This document shows, piece by piece, positions 10,781 to 20,801 of a DNA stretch of 64,000 nt (the stretch's first letter is position 1; each line of letters opens with the position of its first letter). A model generated the notes under the pieces. The model saw only the letters and a list, made by a program, of their open reading frames with translations, searched no databases and was not told the origin of the DNA. The stretch comes from Amphiscolops sp. MND2022 (lineage: Eukaryota): the NCBI GenBank assembly GCA_964187785.1, contig OZ076409.1, positions 14,696,001 through 14,760,000 on the forward strand, written 5' to 3'. The position numbers and the translations under genes are program-made.

Positions 10781-11402
10781 TCAAGGAACTATATTTTGGA
10801 CCTACTTCCATCAAATATCAAATGCTAATTACAAGAAGCAGAAAGAAAGCGGTCGTATTTCCCTGCCAAAAAAGATTAATTCCCCTCACAACCTTATCAG
10901 TACATTCGATACCCGAAAAATACAGGACTAACAGTGAAAAAAAAACCAAACAAGGACATATTTTCATCATTGTGGAAGAATGAGCAAAGCCAACGGTTGA
11001 CAAACGAAGGTGAATACTCTCAAATTAAAGCGGGATCAACTTTCAATTCAAACAGTAACTGACTCAAGTGACTTTCACTATAGCAACTCAACAAATCAAT
11101 CAACTGCCGATGATCGATGAAAAGTTGCTTAAACAAACATTACACTCAATGCGCACTACACGGATGACGTGGCTGTCAAACCGTTTCTATAAATAGACTT
11201 CAACTTCCGACTACCTACTATTTGCCTGCCTCACCTTGTCCATTCACGCTTCCGAAAGTTTCCAGAAGCTACATTGCCACCCACGCGTTTCTCTATACCT
11301 TGCATGCCACTTCAGCCGCTGTTCAATACTCCACTCAAACACCTGCTACCTCTCAACTCGACCGCTCACCTTACCCATTACCCCTACAGCTTGCTCTCTC
11401 TC

Positions 11403-11416
11403 AAAAAGGGGGGGAA
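11403..11416 (+). other. Polypurine tract of the Gypsy element
   Basis: AAAAAGGGGGGGAA immediately before the TG that starts the LTR. Confidence 0.85.
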
Positions 11417-12541
11417 TGTCATGCCCGCCAAGCATGAAGGAATTAAACGAACTCTAAAACATTATTTTTATACATCAAACTCCCTAAAATACAGATCATC
11501 ATGAAAATACATTGCAGTAATTTATTCCCCGAACAACACAGTTGAAAGGATAACAACTGGAAGTAACAGTCATCAATACTGAATTCATTCATGTTATTGT
11601 GCATCGTTTAGAAATCAAGACTGAAATATTCAGTCACAACAAGTGATTCCCATAAATACGACTGAAACAATCAGTCATCAGCTATCGTGATAGTTTGTCA
11701 TTTAATCATTCTTCATCCATTTTTTATATTACATGTAAAGTATTACCAGAATATTCAATCAATCATAACAACAACATTTCGTTCATTCATATTAGCAATA
11801 TGTACAATGCCTTTTAGTAATTATCCTCCAAACGATATTTGAATCAGTCACCATGATGATAAGGATACACGGTAGTAAAGCCTCAGTTTAAGAGGTAATT
11901 GAGACAATTGCGTGCTAAAATGACTGGTGCTTGCGGTCATACTAGATCAAACATGAATACTTAAACGCCGATTATCACCCGTCACGACTGTAGCCACCAG
12001 TTGTCAAGTGCAATTAAATAGCAATTAGTAAATCGAATGTCATTGGCTAAATGGAAAGGTGCTAACACACCTTTATAGTTACACAATCGGGTAAAACCGA
12101 ACTCACTCACGAGTTGTAACCATTGATATAACCAGTTGCCTACTACCTTGCTTACGAGTTATCAATCCTTATTTTAACATTAAAACATTTCAATTCAACT
12201 TAAAACTTCCAGACTTTTCATGGTAATTACCAGATCTCAAAGTAGTCAAAATAGACAAGTAAAAACTGAAAATATGGATACATCAAGCGATAACGAAAGT
12301 GAAGCCAGTTTCCCTGAACTTTTATCCAGAGACCAAATGGTAGACCTTGACTCTGACGACGTTTTAACTAGACGTCAAAATGGTAACAGTTATAACATTG
12401 ACCAACGATTTAATGAGATAAATAGACAAATCGGAGACCTTACCAATATCGTCCTTACACTGACCAATCAGTTTGCCTCCGTTAATGGAGAAGGGAACAG
12501 ACTGAATCCAGCAACTACAAGTACTGACGGTCGTTCCGACA
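11417..12541 (+). repeat. 3' LTR (1125 bp)
   Basis: Starts TGTCATG after the PPT and ends CCGACA (TGTC/GACA terminal inverted repeat); followed by unrelated HINE-type repeat DNA. Confidence 0.8.
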
Positions 12542-12558
12542 ACTGGCACTTGAGATAG
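12220..12558 (+). CDS. LTR-encoded ORF, probably the Gag N-terminus (107 codons inside the LTR, reading out into the flank)
   Basis: MVITRSQ... acidic stretch then coiled-coil-like IDQRFNEINRQIGDLTNIVLTLT; open through the LTR end; same layout as the solo LTR at 42354-43782. Confidence 0.6.
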   Translation: MVITRSQSSQNRQVKTENMDTSSDNESEASFPELLSRDQMVDLDSDDVLTRRQNGNSYNIDQRFNEINRQIGDLTNIVLTLTNQFASVNGEGNRLNPATTSTDGRSDNWHLR

Positions 12559-13136
12559 AGGTTAATTAGGCTTTTTTGAGGTCCCCTTCTACATTTTTCG
12601 GCACTATGCGACTTATCGGGGACCAAAAAAAATTGAAAAAAACTTCGAAAAAAATGGGCTTTTTTCAATTTTTCCTCATGCGGGTACTGTAGAAGAGTAT
12701 ACTTGACACTTTGAAGTCTTTTTGCTATTTTTAAGCCTCAGATATGACGCCGACTTGGATCGGTCCCGGTTTGTTATACTTTTAAAACAGTTAAATGATC
12801 GGCCAGTTGCATAGTCTGCCAATTGATTTAGCACTTTACCATTGTTCAGCTTATGTAAAGGATGTTGGTATGGATTGTAGCCGAACAGAATTAAAGAAGA
12901 ATAGTTTTGTAACAGAATAAGATTGAATTCTCAATTGTAATTGGCCAAACGACTTGACAAAGAAGTTTCAATTTCGTAGCAAATATATGACCATCAAACG
13001 CAGTGAGAAGAAATGAAAGTTAGTACATGTAGATTCGGTTATAATCTCAAGCGGCTATAATCCTTTTCGGCCAAAATCACGACTACCGTAACGGATGGCA
13101 TTGATTATTCGTTACGTAATTCATTACGTAATTCAG

Positions 13137-13328
13137 GTGTATGGGGAGTTGCGCAACACGGGGCAGGAGTTGCAGTTCGTGCTGGACCCTGCCCAGAGTG
13201 GCATCGTGAGTCTGGACGGGGGTCCTCTGGCATACACCTACAGACTGAGTCATATCAAACTGCGCTACGGACCCGAGGAGGCCAAGGGCTCTGAGCACTC
13301 TATAGACGGGTACTACTTCGAAGCAGAA
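13137..13328 (+). CDS. CA10: Carbonic anhydrase-related protein (CA10/CA11-like), internal exon
   Basis: CAG|GTG...GAA|GTACGT; LRNTGQ, GGPLAYTYRLSHIKLRYG, GSEHSIDG..FEAE match the alpha-CA fold. Confidence 0.9.
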
Positions 13329-14421
13329 GTACGTATTATCTCCCTACCTCGAAAAAAGTAACCCCCCCACCCACCCACACACACACACTTTTCTAGATGA
13401 TATTGTTTTAGCAATTAATTGGCACTCAATTGAGTTTCCAATGAATCATTTCACGTAATTTCAAAAAAATAATCTCCTTTTTTAATAGATTTATTTGAAG
13501 AAATATTAAACGATATAGCCAATGTTAAATAGCCTTCATGCTGAATTTTTTTCTTCGAAAGTGTGGGGGAAAAGGAAAAAGAGCCGAAAAAAATGTATAT
13601 AATTCTCGAAAATATTTTGCAAGACGTCTGGCAAGATCTCGCAAGACAATGCATTATTCTTGCAAACGGTCTTGCATGACTCTTGCAAGATTCTTGCAAG
13701 AAATGAATTGAAACTGCGAGAGATATGCAAGGAATGAAACTTTCAAGATAATTGCATGCTTCGACTGAGAATTCTGAAACTTTTCGTTGTGTTTTCTCCA
13801 TTGAACATCGCCGAATGATCAACTCCGCTAGTGCCTATTCTCACTATCAGAAGAGCCATTCCAGACTTTTTTATTCAGCTTGCAATTTCTTCCAAATAAG
13901 GGCTTTCTCTTGTTTCTGCTGACTTAAGTCTTGCTGAAAAAAAAAGAAACCCGGTCAAGAAATAAAAGAAAAAGAAACCGATTGACGAAAACAATGCTGA
14001 AAATCTATTCTATATGTTCAACTCAGCACTAAGCGTTTATCAAACTCCATATTAATCATTTTACATTTTTTTTCAAAACTGAATCCAACTTTCGTATTTT
14101 CTACGGAAAGATCTGAAGTTTCCATCAAACTTTTTCATTTTAATCAACCGTCTGAAAAATACGCATATTTTTGCACACAAGAACAGTGTTCTTTATTCAA
14201 TTTGCCCTTATAATATAGCGACAATGAACTACGTAGTTCGCCTCTTTTAGAATATTTGTGGTGCAAAATAAAAAGCAAAGGAAGCTTCTATCGTCTAGAC
14301 TGTATCAAATTTGCATATCTTTTGTGTACATTGAACGTCTGAAGGTCGTCGTCATTGGGTTTTTCTTTCTGTGAGACCCAGAAATTGTATTGTTTGTCAT
14401 TTTCTACTTTGTTGGTTGTAG

Positions 14422-14517
14422 ATGCAGTTATTTTTCTACAACGACTACCTCTTCTTGTCCTTTGAAGCGGCCCTGGGTGCAGCCAACGGGATAGTCGCGC
14501 TGTCCGTCTTCATACAA
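14422..14517 (+). CDS. CA10: CA10/CA11-like exon
   Basis: GTAG|ATG...CAA|GTAAGT; MQLFFYNDYLFLSFEAALGAANGIVALSVFIQ. Confidence 0.9.
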
Positions 14518-14784
14518 GTAAGTCAACACTGACTGAATTTGTAAAAATCATGCACAGACATCCGAAACTGATCAAAAGTGTCAAGTGAAAATTGATTTTG
14601 CGACTGGAGAACTTTTTCCTACGGATTCTAACTTTCATACATACATGCTGGAATGAGTCAGCTAGCAAGCAGACTACTGTAGTCTCAAATATATACTTTA
14701 CTATGTTATTATAGCACAGTTGTTTCGTAGACAAAAGCACATGCAAGTGTCAAAAAACTCAAAGTATCAAACTCACGAAAAACC

Positions 14785-15252
14785 CAAACGACAGAACTGG
14801 CGCGCGGGGACACTTTCGCATTTTTTAACATCCATTATTGCAAAACATAAAAAAATTCAAGGGGGGATCATTTGGTGGCAAAAAAATCGGGAAAAAGTCT
14901 CACAATGCCGAAAAGAACTGAAAGGGGGGACCTTTTGGGATTTTTCAACATCCATTTTGTCGCAAAACATCAAAAAATTGAAGGGGGGATCATTTGGTGG
15001 CAAAAAAATTGGGAAAAAGTCTCACAATGCCGGAAAAAGCTGAAAGGGGGACCCTTTAGTCTCTACCGGTATTATATGTTACGCGGAAAAAGAGGAAAAA
15101 CCTTTTTGGTTCAGTTCGCTACGCCAAATTATTCAATTTGGGACCATAAAATTTTGTAGAACTTTCAAGAACTATTTTGGTCAGTTCGTGTGGATTGAAA
15201 AAAAGAGTCACTATAATAGTCGCGTTTCACTTCATGAAGCGCCGACTAAAAA
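14785..15252 (-). mobile_element. Helentron-like non-autonomous element (HINE), partial
   Basis: Family end ATAGTCGCGTTTCACTTCATGAAGCGCCGACTAAAAA and internal AAAGGGGGACCCTTT subrepeats. Confidence 0.65.
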
Positions 15253-15584
15253 TACAGAATCAAAAACAACACGATTTTCATTTTTTAAAAGTTTTCTTCG
15301 CAAGTTGTCAGAAGACTTCACCATGAACAAAAGGGGAGAAAACTTTCAAATAATGTTAGAACAGAAATGCCCTCGAAGAAAAGCACATCTACCCCTGTAC
15401 GATTGGAACCATAGAAAATGATTTCGAATAAATTATTTTCCAACCGTTTCATTTGTTATGACTTTTTGAAAACAATTTGTGAAAATCATTGTAAAAATCA
15501 TTAAAGTGAGTTCTGTGCTTCAACCGGATTCCTCTCAAAATGTATTGAATGAAAAGTTCTGAATTGCGGTCTACTTTTAACTAG

Positions 15585-15809
15585 GAAAATGACAACGACA
15601 CGAACAACGAGTTCCAGAAGCTGTTCCACGGGCTGAACAAAGTCAGCTACAAGGGGTTGAAAAAAGACGTGGAGGGGATCGACGTTTCTGCCCTGTTGCC
15701 GGACACCTACAATTATATCACCTACCAGGGCAGTCTCACGGCACCCCCTTGTTCAGAGGGAGTTACCTGGATACTGTACAACAGACCCATCAATATTCCC
15801 AAGTGGCAG
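15585..15809 (+). CDS. CA10: CA10/CA11-like exon
   Basis: CTAG|GAA...CAG|GTTGGC; LLPDTYNYITYQGSLTAPPCSEGVTWILYNRPINI. Confidence 0.92.
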
Positions 15810-16550
15810 GTTGGCTAAACCGATCTCAGTCGGAACTGCTGCAATACTTTACATGCTGCAGACATGCATGCAAGGAAATTTTTTCTATTAAACTTGGAAT
15901 TTTTTTTCCACTTCGCTACCAACACAATCACGTTGTATTCACACTTGAATTTCTCAACTACTCAAATGGTACAATCAAAAAAAGAAACAAAGAGTTTGCG
16001 AAATGAAGTGAATTTGCATTAAAATGGCGGTAAATGTGATAGCATCTTAGTTGCGTTCAAAAATAGAACTGCTTCTATATGAAACCGGCAAAACAACGCT
16101 AAAAGTAGCCTCGAACTTTAGGATGCTTCTTCCAAGCAGCTTGATAGAAGTCGCACACAAGAGGGAAACATTTTCAGGTTCACGTTTCCGTAACAGTTTT
16201 AGAAAATCATTTTGAAAGTTTTTGGCAACGTTGAAGAGCATGTAAAAGGCTCGAGCAAATTCTACAGGCGGATAACCTATTTCTACCAAAAAGCTGAACA
16301 CACATAATACTGCTAACGGAAACATTGAAAGCGCAGTATGTTTTGGGAAATCCAATGGAACGAAACAAATGTCTCTGAGATTTTGATCAGAACTACAACA
16401 ACAATTTTTATTTTCCGACCCACATTTTCAATGGGGAGGAAAATCATCATCTGTGTTGCGTTTTTTTTCCAAATTCTGCCAAAACTCCACCTTGTACAAC
16501 TCGTCTCCACTTACTCAGTCTCCCTCCTCAGCCTTCATCCTTCATACTGA

Positions 16551-16693
16551 GATGGGAATAATATCTAAAGTAAAAATGGGATTAAGATCTAAAAGGAATA
16601 AGATCTGAAATTTCAGGATGGGAATAAGATCTTAAGGGAATAAGATCTAAAATCACTAAATTTTAGATCTTATACTTTAAATTTTATTCCCCC
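16551..16693. repeat. GGAATAAGATCTAA subrepeat cluster (MITE-like; related sequence near 31850-31920)
   Basis: Several direct copies followed by inverted copies (TTAGATCTTAT, TTATTCCC). Confidence 0.45.
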
Positions 16694-17796
16694 TCCCAAA
16701 ATAGCTATGGCTCAAGTGATGAAGGCGAAAAGGGAGAAAAATATCCCGGTGCTTAGCGGGCGTCTCGTTTGTTTTGAAATCGAACCAACATTCGAAGAAC
16801 TATTAATTTTTATTGTGAGCAACTTTTTCTTTCCAACCTTAATACGCGGAATCTCGAAAACTTCTCGAAATCGTCAGAAGGAAACCTTACGGGATCAATT
16901 TCATAGTCTTGACATTGTTCTCTGAAATTTATATTTTTCGCTTTTTTTGAAAATGTGTTCACAAAAATGAGCTGTTGTATTTCAGTCATAACAACTTTAT
17001 GGAGTAAAATTAGAGGTATTTACACGTTTCGACTATTTTACGGTGTAAATTCTTCTCCGAAGCGTCTCACGGAAAATTGAAGTTTACAGAACGTTTATTC
17101 CTGGTGTTTTTCATTTCGACCAGCTGCTTGCCAGATAATGCATGGTTTATTGCGGAAATAGCCCAAATTTACAAATATTCCACGTGATTTAAACGTTTAA
17201 AAATTGTTTCGCTGTGAAACATTTTAGTAACAAGTACTTCAGCTTTGTGGTACGCTAATCGATCTTAGACTAAACTACCCTAGAAAATTTAAGTGAAAAA
17301 ACTTCAGAAATCTACTACAGAAATTGTGCTTGTAATCGTGTCCTCAAAAGTTTCAGTCCCAACCAATTTAGCCGAAGACAATATTGTCTCAAAAACACAT
17401 TTGAGTCCTGCAAAAGCAGACATTTCAGTACCGAACATTCATTGCCTGGCTTAGCATATTTTCACCGTTGATACGAAATCTACTTATCTTTCAAGCCTCT
17501 TTTTGTGAGTTATAGAAATTATATCGACGCCAAGTAAAGTGCGAAATGATTTTCTTATCATCTCAATTGTGGTTGGTTTCCAAACTCTTACTTTTAATTC
17601 AAATAGACGGAATTAATTTGACTATTTTGGCAAAGAAAAGTTTGTGACTGAAAAGTTCAGGTACCGCTTAAGGACCACAAACGACTTGAAAATGTCTAGG
17701 CTTTGGTAGAAAATATCACTAGGAATTTTGATTTGAACCAACAATATTCTTGACTCTTCAAATACAATTGATTACAATCCTGATTAGTTTTATTTG

Positions 17797-17962
17797 AAGA
17801 ACCAAAAACATTCTTGGTCCCAATCAACATTCGTAGTGATCTTTTTCAAAATTGTTCGGCTTTCTCAAGTCCTTAAAGATCTTTAAGGACTTGAGAAAGC
17901 CGAACAATTTTGAAAAAGATCACTGCGAATGTTGATTGGGACCAAGAATGTTTTTGATTCTT
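17797..17962. repeat. Spacerless palindrome with 83-bp arms
   Basis: Centre 17879/17880 (AAAGA|TCTTT); two mismatched pairs; inner 45-bp arms perfect. Confidence 0.95.
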
Positions 17963-19498
17963 TGATTTCGACCCACGAGAGGGTATTTGGCAATAGGCTT
18001 CAATGGACCATAGATTATCATTGTTTGATTTTTTATTTGAGCAACGCTGCTCAGGGGTCGACTGTTTAGGCTGTCAAATCACTACTTCTTGGCCTAATTA
18101 ATACCTGCTTCGTTTCCTATCCTAAGCTTCTACCGTTATACTGCTGGACATTACATTCATTTTTAATCAGAATCTCTAGAAATTGATTGCCTAATTCTTC
18201 TTACTAAAAATTATGGGCTGACTTAGTTTGCTGGAATTGTAGAATTTATGACACCGTTCTGAGTAATGAGATTTTATTTCTTTTGAAGTCATTTAGTTTT
18301 TATGAAAGGAAACGCTTTCAGTAGAAGATTTAAGGAAGTATGAATTCCATATGAAAGCTTTATTGTACCAGAATGCTGCTTTTATTCCAAAATCACTGCT
18401 TGTAACTTCATCTTCCCTGGCATCAACGTTTCAATGGAAAATGACAACATTGACAGGGATAGAAAAAATTGATTCAACCGTAAACTTTGCTTATGTATTC
18501 CGAAACTGAATTAATTTTTGCAGAGAGGTACAAAATTGGGGCGGATCTTTTTTGTTTTTCAACATGCTTTGGCGACGAGACGCAAAACAGGCTTCGATCG
18601 GTTTTATATTTAGCAACACAGTTTGTGTTTCAATCAATTGCACTTTCATTTTTTTTCAATTCTGCGCAAAAAAAAACTTTCACTAAAATCAATTGTGCCC
18701 CGTCATTTTCATTTCCGTTTTTTAACGTCTCCGTGTATAGTAGAGGTTGTGGCAAAGTATCATTCTCTTGGTGTGCGTCTATAAACACGACCTGTGTTTT
18801 TCTACAAGTGAAAAAAATTGATTAAGGAATCTCTGAACGTCAATGGCAATGTTTTATTCATAAATTTTGCAAAAATTGCTGCAAAACTTATGCATCTGTT
18901 GTATTCGATCTTCTGCATGGCTTACGACATGCATGAAATACCATTAGGACCAATTTCGTTCTTAAATGAATTTTTGTTGAAAGCTTCGTCGAAAGTACGA
19001 CGCTTATTGAACTGTAAGAATAATCGATAAAAAGATGCAACAGAGAATAAACGTTAGACAACCACCCAGAAAATAGATACAGCCAAGAAAGATAACTATT
19101 TGCACGTAATGTGTCGGTATACGCGCTTTGAGACTTGAAAACTTTGAAGCTTTGGAACATTTGAAGCAACGCTGTGATTCATATGATGACTTCAAACTTT
19201 CCAAAAACTGTTCGCCAGATTTTAAGAGGCACGTCATGATATTTTTTTTCTCTAAATCAGAATTGATGAGGATGTTCAGATATAAATAATGCCTTCTTTC
19301 TCATAGTGAACAAGCCGAGAACAGCTCTAAGTTGGCGCAAAAAATTGATACTAGATTCTGGAACTCCGTTCTGGTGCTCCGGAAGCCAACGCTCTAACCA
19401 CTAGGCCACCTGGCATATTGAGGCAAGCTTTTTTCTATATCGCCCCCCCCCCCCCCATTCGTGTATGTCTCAAAGAAGGTGACTGCAATAGTCTAGCA

Positions 19499-19958
19499 TT
19501 TTTAGTCGGCGCTTTTATTGATAAAAGAGCCCGACTATTACGTTTTTTAAGACAGACTCGAAGCGACGAAATTTTTGTTTAGTTTGTTGATCTAAACGAA
19601 TACCTGGGAAACGCATCTAAGTCGTCGCAAAGGGTCCCCCTTTCAATTTTTACTTTTCAAACGTAACATTCAAAACCGGACGAGACTAAGGGGTCTCCCC
19701 TTTCAATTTTTTCGGCGCTGAGACTTTTCCGATTTTTTTGTCTTCAAAGCCTTCGATTTTATTGAAGTCCCCCTCGTAATATTCGAAGTTAAGCGCTTTA
19801 TCCGAACTTTTGACGTTATATCCGAACTATATTGCGTTTTAGTAAGGAGGAGGCGGAGGTCCGAAAACAGGAGTTTTTCATGTAAACGTACACATATTTC
19901 AAATCTGCGCTTTTCGAGCCTTAGATATAGCGCCGACTTTAGACATTCCCTTCTTGTT
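19499..19958 (+). mobile_element. HINE-like element, full length
   Basis: TTTTTAGTCGGCGC...GCGCCGACT subterminal inverted repeats; ends TCTTGTT. Confidence 0.7.
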
Positions 19959-20082
19959 AGTCTTAACTAAAGCGCAGACTAAAAAGAAGAGCGCGTATAC
20001 CATAACAATTTATATTTTTTGTGGAAACCGTGACGGTTTTAAAAATTTACAGCCTCAGTCAGATTCCATTGCATTGCTTCAG

Positions 20083-20302
20083 ATCCGGAATCTGCGGTCC
20101 AAAATAGCCCGCAACGAACCCCCTCCGCCGGACTTGAGTCCAGACGTAGCTGGGATAGGAGACCTGCCCATGATGGGCAACACCCGGCCCATCCAGGCAA
20201 CCAATAGAAGACTCTCTATCTGGACCAACGTCAGGAGCCGGATGGAACAGGGCAAGGGGCCCGTTTGTGCTACTTCAGAACCATCAGCCATGAAATACTC
20301 AA
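20083..20302 (+). CDS. CA10: CA10/CA11-like exon
   Basis: TTCAG|ATC...A|GTGAGT; IRNLRS...MMGNTRPIQATNRRLSIWTNV (alpha-CA NxRPxQ motif). Confidence 0.85.
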
Positions 20303-20340
20303 GTGAGTTGGGCAAATTTGAATTCAACAAATTTCAAGTG

Positions 20341-20537
20341 CCCGGGTTTCCCTCCCATACAAAAACAGGTCAATCATGCTCTGCCATCATACTCACAGTA
20401 TGAATCCATGCTGATCATACTCTGGGCCATATATGATTCCAGGCCGATCATGGCAAGATCATAGTAAGGAAATTTGTATGATTTGTATGGTGCCATAATA
20501 TGGTCAGATTATGATCGGCCTGGTCGGGAAACCCGGG
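20341..20537. mobile_element. MITE, CACTA/EnSpm-like
   Basis: 12-bp TIR CCCGGGTTTCCC / GGGAAACCCGGG; 2-bp TG on both sides; internal ATCAT/ATGAT subrepeats. Confidence 0.65.
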
Positions 20538-20801
20538 TGTTCAAAAATTGGGATAAATCGACACTAGGATAAGTAGACTCAAAAATAATAGACGATTCCT
20601 AATAGATGAGCTAAAAGCGACAACGTTTTGTATAACGAAATTACCGACAACGAAATTTCTGACGACGAAATTTTTAGTGATCAATCAATTCAACACATCG
20701 AAGTTGTCGATAAACAACCAACTGATTGAACAAATGCTGAAGTGTGAAATCCCACTAATGGTTCGCACTTTTTTCTATTGTTGCTTAGCATTGATGATTA
20801 C

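Larger units (their letters stand above)
1..12541 (+). mobile_element. Ty3/Gypsy LTR retrotransposon (5' part outside the window) with a ~7.4 kb cargo region between pol and the 3' LTR
   Basis: pol with RT-RNaseH-IN order; PPT AAAAAGGGGGGGAA at 11403-11416 directly followed by an LTR bounded by TGTC...GACA (11417-12541). Confidence 0.92.

Noticed and set aside
10818..11003. Additional upstream coding exon of the antisense cargo gene
   Set aside because: I could not link it in phase with convincing splice sites; it may be 5' UTR.
4032..11402. env gene in the pol-to-LTR interval
   Set aside because: No long + strand ORF with signal peptide or TM anchor; the coding signal is on the minus strand.
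12542..12556. PBS after the LTR (AC-TGGCACTTGAG), which would make it a 5' LTR
   Set aside because: The LTR is preceded by a PPT and followed by HINE-type repeat DNA rather than gag; the TGG is more simply target-site sequence.
14720..15421. Lys/Phe-rich short ORFs (also at 40177-41271, 49564-50175 and 61954-62441)
   Set aside because: They fall in HINE-type repeats rich in A/T/G homopolymers and have no protein motifs.
19360..19415. Functional tRNA gene
   Set aside because: Has an A box and D-arm-like part but no proper T-arm or acceptor stem; a SINE-like or pseudo-tRNA fragment.
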